Source: an uncultured virus (IMG/VR IMGVR_UViG_3300014039_000035)
Taxonomy: Duplodnaviria > Heunggongvirae > Uroviricota > Caudoviricetes
Reading direction: 5' to 3' (one strand)
DNA length: 64,000 nt
IMG/VR virus record: IMGVR_UViG_3300014039_000035
Shown here: positions 26,670 through 36,323 of the stretch, one piece after another
Layout: each line of letters starts with the position of its first letter
Numbering within the stretch: position 1 is the stretch's first letter
Notes under the pieces: model-generated
The model's input: only the letters and a program-made list of their open reading frames with translations
Databases searched by the model: none
Told to the model about the DNA's origin: nothing
Translations under genes and position numbers: made by a program

Positions 26670-27091
26670 ATGACTATCGAAGAAAAAGCAAAAGAGTACG
26701 TAGAGACTTGTATTGATGATGACCCAGTAAATCCATTTGCTGCAATAGCCAGAGTTGAAGGAAGAGATGCGTTTAAGCGAGGCGCACAATGGATGCTTGA
26801 AAAAGCAAAGTTGTGGCTAATTAAAAATCTTAAATACACCGACGATATATCTAATTTTCAAAAAGCTATGGATGAATAGTTATGACGGAAGACGAATTGA
26901 TATTTCATGATTTACTTATGGCTACACATACAGTCAAAGCAGTAGAAAAAGCACGTAAAGAGGTGATTGAAAAGGCTGCTAATTGGTTTACAAATTATCT
27001 TGCAGAAATAGGTTATCCAGATGATTGGATAAGAGACTCAAAAGTACAACAAAGCGGAATGGAAAGATTTCGTAAAGCAATGGAGGAATAA
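26670..27091 (+). other. two small related ORFs (26670-26879, 26882-27091)
   Basis: Both contain EKA..W and end F.KAM.E. Confidence 0.6.
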
Positions 27092-27092
27092 T

Positions 27093-27454
27093 ATGAAACA
27101 GTTTAGTTTAGAGGAATATCTCAAGAACCCCAACAGGAGGATTATTACAAGAGACGGCAGAAAGGCGAGGGTTATTTGTACTAACAGAAGCAGCGTATAT
27201 CCTATTGTAGCCCTTGTTGATAATGGTATCGAAGACATATATATATATATAGCGAAACAGGTATCTGTTCGGAAGGTCGTGACAAATTAGACCTCTTATT
27301 CGCGCCAGAAAAGCATATGGGTTGGATGAATATATACAAAGCCGCGTACAGCCCTATTGGGGGCGGGGTGTATGGTTCAAAAGAAGAAGCGGAGAGAAAT
27401 ATAGGTTTCAACCAAGACTATATCAATACATGTAAAGTAGAATGGGAGGAATAA
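27093..27454 (+). pseudogene. phage protein frameshifted at an (AT)7A microsatellite
   Basis: Deleting one AT unit at 27237-27251 joins MKQFSLEEYLKNP... to ...LDLLFAPEKHMGWMNIY...KVEWEE*. Confidence 0.75.
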
Positions 27455-27456
27455 TT

Positions 27457-27867
27457 ATGAAAGTATCAGAACTTCAATTAGGCGACATCGTTAGTTGCCT
27501 TGACGACCCCGTGAGGGTCGTGTCGTTAAGCCTCAAAGACGATGAGCCTATCGGCATAATGTCACCTTTAAAGACGATAGAGACGTTCAGGGAGGAGGAT
27601 GTCAAGCCTTTACCTCTAACGTCTAAAATCTTGTTGGCTAACGGATTTGAATTTGACGAAGAGGTAAAGCGCGGATATGTCCTATATCTCGACGAGGGTA
27701 AGACGTGGTATGTGGCGGTATCGCTCAGATATAATGACGAGCCACGTATGACCGAGATTAGTTTCGAGAGATGTGGAGTTGTAAAACCGATACAATACGT
27801 TCACGAGTTGCAGCACGCCCTGCGCTTGGTTGGACTTAATGATTTGGCGAAAAACCTTAAAGTATGA
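27457..27867 (+). CDS. YopX-like phage protein
   Basis: ELQLGD, PLPLT..IL..NGF, IQYVHELQHAL. Confidence 0.7.
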   Translation: MKVSELQLGDIVSCLDDPVRVVSLSLKDDEPIGIMSPLKTIETFREEDVKPLPLTSKILLANGFEFDEEVKRGYVLYLDEGKTWYVAVSLRYNDEPRMTEISFERCGVVKPIQYVHELQHALRLVGLNDLAKNLKV

Positions 27868-28166
27868 AGTGGGTTAAATTAGCGGAGATGATACCGCTTG
27901 ACGCACCTTGCGAGTGCCCCTACGATTGCAGGGGCTGCGAGCATCTGAAAGGAGTTGTGTTTCACGGTAACGATGATGTCGAGGTCGAGTGCGACTTGGA
28001 CGAGGAGGACTGGCAATGACGGTAAAGGAACTTATAGCGGCCTTGCAGGCGATGCCGCAGGACAGCGAGGTGGTGATGTTCGATGGGCCGAGCCAGTACA
28101 CCCCGTGCAAGGTCTATGTGGCAGAGTGGGGAGGAAAGGGCATCAAGGGGAACGTGGTGATTGATT

Positions 28167-28182
28167 AGGCACGTTTCTTGCA
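28167..28182 (+). promoter_or_regulatory. sigma-54-like -24/-12 promoter
   Basis: AGGCAC-GTTTC-TTGCA with exact GG-N10-GC spacing, intergenic. Confidence 0.45.
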
Positions 28183-28278
28183 GGTAAACGAATACCGCTT
28201 TTGCCGCCGAAGTGTGTTTCAAGCCAAGCCATTCAACATAGATAAAGGGAAGGGGCGGCCTTCCCTTAACTTTTAGAC

Positions 28279-28941
28279 ATGGGTAAAAAAGAGAAAAAAT
28301 GCTCCTTGTTCGAGGAGATGCTGATGTGGACTTCCTACCGTTATGCGATAGGAAGCAAGACATACGTGTCGTGTCTCGCCTACGAGATACCACAACACTA
28401 CTATCACAGGCTGACACCGGAAAGACGGCAGTTCACTGCGTATGACATACGCAGGGAGATATACGAGCGCTTGCGGATAGTGTTGCCGTTCGGGTTCAGA
28501 ATAGACCGGATGACAGATAAGGACAAACTCAATCCACTTGAAACGCTGTTCACTTTCTTTAATAGTGAAGTAGACTCGTTTGACGTGATGCAGACCTTGG
28601 CAAACCTTGTATATGACGCTCATTCCAATACATACAAGGTCGAAGAAAAGAAACCAATCTTCGAAAGTTCATTTTCTGTCAGCGACATCAACCACTTTAT
28701 ACCGTGGGAGACGTTCGCAAGTTGTTTCGACGATTCGGAGCATATAGTGGTAAACGGAAAGACGCTGTTCAAGACTTGGCAGCGAAAACTCGTCCCGGTT
28801 CCCGGCAAAGAATGTTGTTTTAGACAAGACAATTTCGGCTGGGAGCCAATATGGTATGACTTGGATAACTTCCTCGCAAACGGAGAGTATTCCGGGTATT
28901 GGACTGAAAAGGAGTTGGAAGAATGGCGAAAGTCGAAATAA
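28279..28941 (+). CDS. hypothetical protein
   Basis: 220 aa, SYRYAIGSKTY motif. Confidence 0.7.
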   Translation: MGKKEKKCSLFEEMLMWTSYRYAIGSKTYVSCLAYEIPQHYYHRLTPERRQFTAYDIRREIYERLRIVLPFGFRIDRMTDKDKLNPLETLFTFFNSEVDSFDVMQTLANLVYDAHSNTYKVEEKKPIFESSFSVSDINHFIPWETFASCFDDSEHIVVNGKTLFKTWQRKLVPVPGKECCFRQDNFGWEPIWYDLDNFLANGEYSGYWTEKELEEWRKSK

Positions 28942-29240
28942 ATCCGGGCGACCGTTTCGGCCACTGGGTTGTCCAGTCTTTCGCAGGATCAAAACTGCCG
29001 AGCAAGAACGCACCTTCCAAGTGCAAATATTTTCTTTGCAAATGTGACTGCGGAACAATCAGAGAGGTTAAAGGCTCGGACTTGAAGCGTGGCGTGTCGG
29101 AGAGCTGCGGATGTCTGAAAGGCGAACGCAGGTGGCACAAGGAAATCAAGTGGGAGCCGAGGGTAGCGGAGATTAAAGCGAAGCCGTACAGGCCGAAGCA
29201 CCCCGAAATGTTTAATGATGACTGGATGTTTAGTTTTTGA
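28923..29240 (+). CDS. Cys-rich domain protein (CKCDCG...SCGC, as found N-terminal to phage HNH/AP2 proteins)
   Basis: GDRFGHWVV, CKCDCG, SCGC. Confidence 0.7.
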   Translation: MAKVEINPGDRFGHWVVQSFAGSKLPSKNAPSKCKYFLCKCDCGTIREVKGSDLKRGVSESCGCLKGERRWHKEIKWEPRVAEIKAKPYRPKHPEMFNDDWMFSF

Positions 29241-29242
29241 AA

Positions 29243-29620
29243 ATGAAGACAGATATTCACTTTGACAAAGACGCATTTGTTGGCGTTCAGAAGATAGACG
29301 GCATTGAATGCAAGATTCTGTTTGTCACCCCGTCTCTGCGACTTTTTGCGTGGAGGCTTGACAAACCAGAGTTGGTTGTTTTTGGATTGACGGAAAAGGA
29401 AGATTTTGTGGTCAATCCAGAAGAGGCTGGATTCAATTTGGATGAAAACGGCTGCTGGGTTAAGCCCAATGGAGATTCTGTGTTAGTATTTTTCGACAGG
29501 GACATTTCGTTCGGCGAATATGACCGTCTTTTCGAGAAATATTTTCCGAGGGAATATGAAATAAATAGAAAGACTCAGGAAGAGGGGCTTCGCATAAACT
29601 ATTTTGATGACAATGCTTAA
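29243..29620 (+). CDS. hypothetical protein
   Basis: ORF in operon. Confidence 0.6.
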   Translation: MKTDIHFDKDAFVGVQKIDGIECKILFVTPSLRLFAWRLDKPELVVFGLTEKEDFVVNPEEAGFNLDENGCWVKPNGDSVLVFFDRDISFGEYDRLFEKYFPREYEINRKTQEEGLRINYFDDNA

Positions 29621-30278
29621 TCTTTTCTGCGGTGACTGCACGACAATCTTGAAAGAAATTCCTGTGCCATCCAATTCAGTCATAGTCACTGACCCGCCAT
29701 TCAACATAGGCTACAAGTACAAGTCCTACGGAGATAAAAGAAAGGAGACGGAATATCTTGCTTGGCTTGTTTCTGTCATAGGCGATAGACCGTCCGTGCT
29801 GATTCACTATCCAGAGATGTTGTTCAAGATTGCGAAAGCATTGGACAAGGTTCCCCAAAGAGTCATTTCTTGGTGCTACAATTCCAATACGGCACGGCAG
29901 CATCGGGATGTTGCATTTTTCGATGTCAAGCCTGTAATGAAACAAGTGACGCAGCCATACAAAAATCCAAACGATAAGCGCATAAAAAAAAGGTTAGCAA
30001 TGGGCTACACTGGTGCGGCGATGTACGACTGGTTCGTCGTGAATCAAGTCAAAAACGTAAGCAAGGCAAAGAATGGAATCAATCATCCGTGCACAATGCC
30101 TTTGGAAGTCATGGAACGGATAGTTGGTGTTCTTCCAAAGGGCGTGACGGTCATTGACCCGTTCATGGGTGCAGGGACAACCGGAATGGCCTGCAAGAAA
30201 TTTGGGTACGATTTCATTGGCATTGAATTGGATAAAGACTATTTTCGTTTAGCGCAAGAGCGCATTAAAACAATTTAA
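29613..30278 (+). CDS. N4/N6 DNA methyltransferase (beta class)
   Basis: TDPPF, HPCTMP, DPFMGAGTT, GIELD. Confidence 0.92.
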   Translation: MLNLFCGDCTTILKEIPVPSNSVIVTDPPFNIGYKYKSYGDKRKETEYLAWLVSVIGDRPSVLIHYPEMLFKIAKALDKVPQRVISWCYNSNTARQHRDVAFFDVKPVMKQVTQPYKNPNDKRIKKRLAMGYTGAAMYDWFVVNQVKNVSKAKNGINHPCTMPLEVMERIVGVLPKGVTVIDPFMGAGTTGMACKKFGYDFIGIELDKDYFRLAQERIKTI

Positions 30279-30280
30279 TA

Positions 30281-30712
30281 ATGATAAAGGTGAAAATCAA
30301 GCGGCTCACCCCCGGAGCGGTGATGCCAAGCAAAGGAACGGAGAAATCAGCCGGTTTTGATTTGACGGCAATATCCGCATCATGGGACAAAGAGAGAGAG
30401 CAAATCAAGTACGGATTCGGACTCGCATTCGAGATACCGGAAGGCTATGTAGGATTGATTTTCCCAAGGTCGTCAGTCTGCAAGAAGGATATGTCGCTGT
30501 CGAACTGCGTGGGTGTCATAGATTCCGATTATCGTGGCGAGGTTACGGCGGTGTTCAACGTGCCCGACCCTTTCACGGCTAACGTCTATGCTGTCGGCGA
30601 CAGAATAGCGCAGATAGTGTTTATGAAGTTGCCGGAAGTGGAGGTAATTGAGGCGAATGAATTGTCTGAAACACAAAGAGGAGAAGGCGGTTATGGCAGC
30701 ACAGGCAAATAA
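30281..30712 (+). CDS. dut: trimeric dUTPase
   Basis: AGFDL, PRSS, GVIDSDYRGE, RIAQ, RGEGGYGSTG. Confidence 0.97.
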   Translation: MIKVKIKRLTPGAVMPSKGTEKSAGFDLTAISASWDKEREQIKYGFGLAFEIPEGYVGLIFPRSSVCKKDMSLSNCVGVIDSDYRGEVTAVFNVPDPFTANVYAVGDRIAQIVFMKLPEVEVIEANELSETQRGEGGYGSTGK

Positions 30713-30959
30713 AAAACCGGCCAAAATAGCCGTGACTTTCGCCGAGGACGGGACAATCACCGCCTCGTACTGCGAAAAAGAAAGTAAGGGCGAGAATGTC
30801 TATCTTGCCAAGGGAGCGATAATCCAAGGCCTTCTGGAACTGTCTAATGCTCTGATAAAAAGAGCGGAGCGTGCGGATGCCAACGGACTGACAAAGAAGA
30901 TTGCCAAGGAGCGTGTCAATACCGTGGTTCAGATAATCAACCAAATCAACAAATTCTGA
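30693..30959 (+). CDS. hypothetical protein
   Basis: ORF between dut and the HTH gene. Confidence 0.55.
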   Translation: MAAQANKKPAKIAVTFAEDGTITASYCEKESKGENVYLAKGAIIQGLLELSNALIKRAERADANGLTKKIAKERVNTVVQIINQINKF

Positions 30960-31222
30960 TGAATCCCGGCAAAGTATTCAAGAAAGCGCGTCTGGAGTGC
31001 GATGAGAGCCTCCGGACATTCGCCGCACGTCTTGGCGTGTCAAAAAGCACGCTGTGGAAGATAGAGCGAGGCACCACACCGCCAAGCAAGGACACCATAT
31101 ACAAGTTCCTTGTGCTGATGGGTTACTCTATGGTCCAGTTCTGCATCGAGTCTTTCGACGACTGCGACTACGTTGGAGCGAAATTGTACAATCCTTTAAT
31201 TGCGGAGAAAAACAATGCTTAG
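30959..31222 (+). CDS. XRE-family HTH regulator
   Basis: SLRTFAARLGVSKSTLWKIERG. Confidence 0.88.
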   Translation: MNPGKVFKKARLECDESLRTFAARLGVSKSTLWKIERGTTPPSKDTIYKFLVLMGYSMVQFCIESFDDCDYVGAKLYNPLIAEKNNA

Positions 31223-31787
31223 GGTTGAGAATGTGAGGGTCTATGACTTGAAGGAATCGGTCATAGCGTGCCGCAACTCGATGCGGCTTGAACTGCCGGA
31301 ATACACTAACGAGGAGTTCGAGAAGTCTCTTGAGAGGGCGAAAAAACTTGCACCGCTTGGCGGCGGTCACTCCAACTTCTTATCCGGGATCCGTGTCGCC
31401 TTTGACTTGGTATATCCGAACTACATCAGTCCGGAACTGCAACGGTACACTTTCTTAAAGATAGTGAACTCCAGCAGCAAGATGCACAAACTCTACATGA
31501 TGGATATAGGCAAATGCTGTAACAAATATGTTACAGAGAATACCATAAAAGAGGTTTCGGCTCTGCAAAAGGCGTATTTGGAATCTCCGACATACGAGAA
31601 CTTCATGCGTTTGGTGTCGAATTGTCCGCAAGGCATAGAGTTGTTCATGCGCTGCACGACCAACTATCTGTGCCTTAGGAATATCTATTCGCAGCGAAAG
31701 AGCCACCGCCTTGCAGAAGACTGGTCCGCTTTCTGCGACTTCATACGGTCTTTGCCGTATGCCAAAGAGTTCCTTCTTGACGATTGA
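31215..31787 (+). CDS. divergent ThyX-like (flavin-dependent thymidylate synthase fold) protein
   Basis: GHSNFL, ELQRY...S.S.MH, NY..L.NIY.QRK.HRL.EDW; next to dut. Confidence 0.6.
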   Translation: MLRVENVRVYDLKESVIACRNSMRLELPEYTNEEFEKSLERAKKLAPLGGGHSNFLSGIRVAFDLVYPNYISPELQRYTFLKIVNSSSKMHKLYMMDIGKCCNKYVTENTIKEVSALQKAYLESPTYENFMRLVSNCPQGIELFMRCTTNYLCLRNIYSQRKSHRLAEDWSAFCDFIRSLPYAKEFLLDD

Positions 31788-31829
31788 CAAAAGCGCCGCG
31801 CGAATCCCACCGCACGGCGCTTGTTTTGA
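31788..31829. terminator. bidirectional terminator between convergent arms
   Basis: AAAAGCGCCG.GCG...CGC.CGGCGCTTGTTTT. Confidence 0.7.
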
Positions 31830-31850
31830 CAGACGGGCAACTTGCCGCCC

Positions 31851-32264
31851 CTATCTGCCCTCACCGCATCCGGCGCAAAGGTACATCCTTGCGACCGGAT
31901 ATGTTTTTGCCCCTATCTCGCCGGCAAGGTATTGCAGTTCCTCGCCGAAAGGGTCTATCCCGATGGCCTTTGCTATGTGCATTGTGACGTGTCCCTTTTC
32001 GTGGTCGTAGGTGTTCTGAAACTCGAACACGGATGATGCCCTGCCTATCACGCAGACGGAGGTTCTTGAATTGAAGGATGAGGCGGTGAGGCCTGTGTTG
32101 GACTGGATGTGTGAAAGGATTCTTTCTGCGGCCTCAATCTTGTCGATTGAAATTCCCGCCTCGTCCATCAAATCAAGAATTGTGTCCGTGTCATCGGCTA
32201 CCGCGTCGTAGCAGAACATCACGTTCCACCGCCAATCGGGCAAAGAGACACGCTGAACCATCAT
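31851..32264 (-). CDS. HExxH zincin-like protein
   Basis: NTYDHEKGH...EELQY. Confidence 0.65.
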   Translation of the reverse strand: MMVQRVSLPDWRWNVMFCYDAVADDTDTILDLMDEAGISIDKIEAAERILSHIQSNTGLTASSFNSRTSVCVIGRASSVFEFQNTYDHEKGHVTMHIAKAIGIDPFGEELQYLAGEIGAKTYPVARMYLCAGCGEGR

Positions 32265-32683
32265 AATATGCTCTCCCAATCTACGGGGATGCCGGAACGC
32301 ACTGTGTCGGCATACCAACGGTTGAAGATGAATCCGTCAGCCTGGTCCAGATCGTCAATGACATCCTTGACATACTTGGCAAGGTGCGCCTCGTCCTCTA
32401 TGCTTGAACCAAAGAAATCAGCCTTGGCCATGTTAGCCACGAAAACATAATCGTGTCCGACGGCGTTCTCCAAGGTTATCCCGTTACGTTTCAGCATGTC
32501 ATCGACCTGCTCTTTACCCCACGCGTCGATGCGCTCCATCTTTCCGGTTGCCGGGTTCTTCTTGCGCATCTGCGAGGATGCGAACTCCTGCGCCTTGCCG
32601 TTGAAGTGCATTCCGTTGTGACGGAGGTAGGCGACCATAGCCGCCGGCCTCTCGTCGTAAATGTCAAGCGGTTCCCTGTACAT
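32261..32683 (-). CDS. conserved phage accessory protein
   Basis: YL..NG.HFN, YVFVANMAKADF, FNRWYAD. Confidence 0.7.
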   Translation of the reverse strand: MYREPLDIYDERPAAMVAYLRHNGMHFNGKAQEFASSQMRKKNPATGKMERIDAWGKEQVDDMLKRNGITLENAVGHDYVFVANMAKADFFGSSIEDEAHLAKYVKDVIDDLDQADGFIFNRWYADTVRSGIPVDWESIL

Positions 32684-32685
32684 GG

Positions 32686-32925
32686 CTAATAGCGGTATCT
32701 GCGACGGCGCTCACCGAAGTCATCACCGTCATAATCATCGCGTTCGTGCCTGCGCCTCATAGTAGACATGGAACGATAGTCCCCGTCGCCCCCGCGCATG
32801 TTGAATCCGCTCTCCTCGCCCAGCTCGCTGATGCAGTGCATCAGTCTTCCCCCGGCGGTCAGCATTTCCTCAGCCAAGTCGGACATCTTGTCCAGCTTGC
32901 TTTCTGTTATCTCAATTATTCTCAT
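32686..32925 (-). CDS. small Arg/Asp/Gly-rich protein
   Basis: 79 aa, low-complexity tail. Confidence 0.65.
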   Translation of the reverse strand: MRIIEITESKLDKMSDLAEEMLTAGGRLMHCISELGEESGFNMRGGDGDYRSMSTMRRRHERDDYDGDDFGERRRRYRY

Positions 32926-32939
32926 GATTCTGTCTTGTT

Positions 32940-33446
32940 TTATTTAGAGACCTTGTTCAGCGCCTTGACCAGCAGCTCCTTCATATCACCTATGGATTCC
33001 TCCATGCCGCCAAGCCGTTTTTCAAGCGTTTCAATCTTTTCCTTTTGTTCCCTTTCCTCGGCAAGCCGCGGATTGAGTGAGCACATGATGGACTCGCAGG
33101 CCTCCAGAGCGTTCTTGTGATAGTCCACGCTCCCAAGGACTTCCTTGCTTGTCCGTATCATGTTCTCAACCTCGGCTATCATGGCGTCACGGCTTTCGGA
33201 AATAACCATGTTGCCGGAAGATGCGATGACCGCCGCGGACGGAAGTTGCTTGAAGGTCAGCAACTCGTCGCCTGCCTTCACGGTCAAGTCTATGACAGTA
33301 TCCTGCTGGAACTGTCCCGGCATCAGTTGCGTGCCGAATTTCGTGACCGGAGAAGAAACCGATTGAACCACACCCGTCTTCAGGGTCGGGATGTCACCCT
33401 TTGTCAGTAGATACACTGTGCCTGACTGTCTCAATGCGCTGAACAT
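32940..33446 (-). CDS. conserved accessory protein with coiled-coil C-terminus
   Basis: MFSALRQ...LNP..A.E.EQ. Confidence 0.7.
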   Translation of the reverse strand: MFSALRQSGTVYLLTKGDIPTLKTGVVQSVSSPVTKFGTQLMPGQFQQDTVIDLTVKAGDELLTFKQLPSAAVIASSGNMVISESRDAMIAEVENMIRTSKEVLGSVDYHKNALEACESIMCSLNPRLAEEREQKEKIETLEKRLGGMEESIGDMKELLVKALNKVSK

Positions 33447-33465
33447 GTCTCTGATGATTTAATTG

Positions 33466-33813
33466 TTACGCAAGTCCTGTAAGGAGTTGCAATGTTCCTG
33501 TTGAAGCCTCATAATAGGCGATGTAGATTCCCGTGCCGCTGATGTTGTTCACGGTGACGGCTGCGTTGTCTAAGGTAGTTACGGCCTGGTCGCCGGAAGC
33601 CACGGAGGAGAATACCACTGGCAGTGTCCCGGTAGTTCCCGTCGGTATCGCCTGCGCAAGCCAGACAGCGACGAATCCGCTGAAGTTCCTTGCGAACCGT
33701 GCGTCACTTGTGAAGTTGAACCTCACGTCAGTAGCGGTGACGGTCACGCTTTCGGATTTTACTCTTGGAATCCCGCCTCTGTTGGCCATGAAATAAAACG
33801 GTATCATACTCAA
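33466..33813 (-). CDS. conserved beta-rich accessory protein
   Basis: NRGGIP, QAIPTGTTGTLPV. Confidence 0.7.
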   Translation of the reverse strand: MSMIPFYFMANRGGIPRVKSESVTVTATDVRFNFTSDARFARNFSGFVAVWLAQAIPTGTTGTLPVVFSSVASGDQAVTTLDNAAVTVNNISGTGIYIAYYEASTGTLQLLTGLA

Positions 33814-33850
33814 AAGTATTATGGGCCGTCAAGAGGCGGCCCGGTTCAAC

Positions 33851-34771
33851 TTACAGCCAAGGGCCGTTGCCGATTACACCTGTGCCAAGTCCGTTCAAAC
33901 CGTTAAGGCCAAGAAGTGTGGCTTGACAAGGGGACAGATAGACACCGTTCTGTGCTGGTACGACCTGCGTCTGCGGGAGCTTGCACTTGATTCCGTCAAC
34001 CTCTGACTGCAACGCCGCCAAAGCCGAGTTGAGCGGTGTGAACGCATGGTTGATGTACTGTCCTATCTGCGCGGTTTGGTTGGCCTGTGAAATCTGTCCC
34101 AGAAGGTTTGACCTTTCCTCGCGGAGAGCGTCAATCTTGTTCTGCAACTCACGCTGCTCCAACTGACAGAACTTGTCGTTGATAAGCACGCTCTGCTGGT
34201 CAATCTTCGAGCCGAGGATGTTGGTCTGCTCGGAGATGGCGATTCGGTTCTCATAGCCCTGCTGTGTAGTGAGAAGCCTGTTGTCGCAGCAGCACTGGGC
34301 GAGCTGCCTTTCGATAGAGCAGTTGCCGCTCTGGATGGCGTTGATGATGGCCTGCCCAGACATACCGACTTGATTGCCGAGTGACTGGAGCTGTGTCATC
34401 ACGCCGTTGATGGACTGTTGAATCTGTCCTACGGAGCAGTTCAGTGTAGAAGCGAGTTGGCTGATGGCTGTCCCGTTCCCGTTGATGGCCTGCATCAGCA
34501 AGTCCCTGCCGTTATCCCCATTGATAAGGGACGCAAGGTCGGCTGTGCCTTGGCCGTTTCGTCCGAAGCCGCCCCAACCGTTGCCGCCCCAAAGGAGGAT
34601 AAGGAACAAGAACCAAATCCAGCCGCCGTTTCCCCAGCCGCCGTTGTTGTTCATCATCGCCAGAACGTTCGGGTCAACTCCCCTGTTCTGCGCAAGATTG
34701 GCGAGCCAGCCCCACATTCCGCTGTTGCCCGTGCCGGTGCCGTCGCCGATTACATAAGTTTTTGTCTCCAT
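33851..34771 (-). CDS. Gly/Asn/Gln-rich membrane protein with CCC motif
   Basis: WIWFLFLILLWGGNGWGG hydrophobic segment, QLAQCCCD; own TAACTTTG promoter at 34822-34815. Confidence 0.75.
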   Translation of the reverse strand: METKTYVIGDGTGTGNSGMWGWLANLAQNRGVDPNVLAMMNNNGGWGNGGWIWFLFLILLWGGNGWGGFGRNGQGTADLASLINGDNGRDLLMQAINGNGTAISQLASTLNCSVGQIQQSINGVMTQLQSLGNQVGMSGQAIINAIQSGNCSIERQLAQCCCDNRLLTTQQGYENRIAISEQTNILGSKIDQQSVLINDKFCQLEQRELQNKIDALREERSNLLGQISQANQTAQIGQYINHAFTPLNSALAALQSEVDGIKCKLPQTQVVPAQNGVYLSPCQATLLGLNGLNGLGTGVIGNGPWL

Positions 34772-34856
34772 GATATTGGTATTAGTGTGTTTCGACCGCC
34801 ATTCGGTCTTGGCACAAAGTTACTACATCGCGGAGGGAATAGAGAAGGAAGTTACG

Positions 34857-35156
34857 TTATATCCTTAAATCGTTTCTACTGCGCCAACTGTCTGGAACAA
34901 TACGATGTATTTTGTGGAACGGATAAAGCACCTTGCGGATAGGTTTATCCAGAAGTTTGCGGAAGATGTTGACACGGATAGTTGTCTCAGGCTTGTTGTA
35001 GAAGTCCGCGATGTCGCTGATTGAGCCGTAAACTTTCATACTGGACTCGATAGCCTGTGTCGCACTGTTGATTTCCTCCATGGTGCAAGAATCGCTTTGC
35101 AACTTCTTGATGTAGAACTCAAGAATCTCGATTAGATAGTCTTTAGGATTAAACAT
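34857..35156 (-). CDS. hypothetical protein, possible HTH
   Basis: ISDIADFYNKPETTIR. Confidence 0.5.
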   Translation of the reverse strand: MFNPKDYLIEILEFYIKKLQSDSCTMEEINSATQAIESSMKVYGSISDIADFYNKPETTIRVNIFRKLLDKPIRKVLYPFHKIHRIVPDSWRSRNDLRI

Positions 35157-35637
35157 AATGATGTGGTTTTAGAAAAACATTGTATGCAGCCGCAAGCAGC
35201 AGAATGGTCATGCAAACGGTGATTCCGTTCAGGATATATACGGCAATATCTGTAAGTTCTATCAGATAAGCGTCGATGATTGTGAAGCAGAATGGCACAA
35301 GCGGTATGGCGCTGGCAAGGCGATGCCATCTGCAAAGACGCAGTATCCTTGAGAATATCAGCATTATGATGATAATTGGCGGTGGCGTGAAAAGGATGAT
35401 ACTGAACAGCCATGCCGTGTCCACCGGGCAGAATGTCTGGACAATGATACCAACAATATAAAAAAGGGACACCACAAACGGTGCTATCTGTACCGCAAGT
35501 GTAATATCCCTTAATGTAAGTATCAGTCGTTTTATACGTTCATCGCTTTCGTCTTGGTTGTCCATGGCTATTAACTTTAGGGCTAACGGTGATTTGAATG
35601 CCTTTGCCCATGAGTCTTTCTCCGTTGGGGTTGTCAT
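35149..35637 (-). CDS. four-TM membrane protein
   Basis: Hydrophobic segments. Confidence 0.65.
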   Translation of the reverse strand: MTTPTEKDSWAKAFKSPLALKLIAMDNQDESDERIKRLILTLRDITLAVQIAPFVVSLFYIVGIIVQTFCPVDTAWLFSIILFTPPPIIIIMLIFSRILRLCRWHRLASAIPLVPFCFTIIDAYLIELTDIAVYILNGITVCMTILLLAAAYNVFLKPHHYV

Positions 35638-35726
35638 TCTTCACCACTTTGATTGGTAGTGCCGCAAGTTTCGTGCCAGACTTCTTGCCTTTCTGGACTT
35701 TTATCTTAAATTTTGCTTTGCTCATG

Positions 35727-36200
35727 TCAGAATGTAATTAAAACGCCGCCCGTAATACCTAGACCGTAAGCGAACCGCCCGTCCGGTGTGAGACATGCCG
35801 ACGGCCCCGTCGCAAGGCCGAAACGAAACTTTCTTTGCGACTCTGTAACCGTCTTTGTGATTATCTTTGTCTCTGGAAAAACCTTGACGTATTCGAGATT
35901 TGTGTGGAAGCCAGACACTGCTATATCATAATCCTTTGTTGTATAACGGTCAAGGGTGATAGGGACGGCCACGGAGACTGTATCGTGAATATAAAGTGTG
36001 TCTGTGGCCACCAGACGCACAGTGTCCTTCCTGATAATCCTTGTCTCTTTCAGAATCGGCCTGTAATCGACGATTGTGTCACGGATGGCCAATGTATCCA
36101 CTTGGACTGTAACCGTCTCTTTACGGGCGTTTCTGCCGCCAAGGAAGCCAAGCGTGGCGGAGATTGCCATACATATTAAAAACAAAACTTTCTTTTCCAT
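35727..36200 (-). CDS. putative spanin-like lysis accessory protein
   Basis: N-terminal TM, repeated DT motifs, C-terminal beta-hairpin ending in F; downstream of the endolysin. Confidence 0.6.
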   Translation of the reverse strand: MEKKVLFLICMAISATLGFLGGRNARKETVTVQVDTLAIRDTIVDYRPILKETRIIRKDTVRLVATDTLYIHDTVSVAVPITLDRYTTKDYDIAVSGFHTNLEYVKVFPETKIITKTVTESQRKFRFGLATGPSACLTPDGRFAYGLGITGGVLITF

Positions 36201-36323
36201 GTTTTTTTGCAAAAAAAAGTCTCCACACCTCACGGCGGGGAGACCGAAAACTCATTAACTAACCATTTATGAAATGAAAAAAGAAGTAATACAACGTTCT
36301 TAATCACCGACACAAATATAGCA

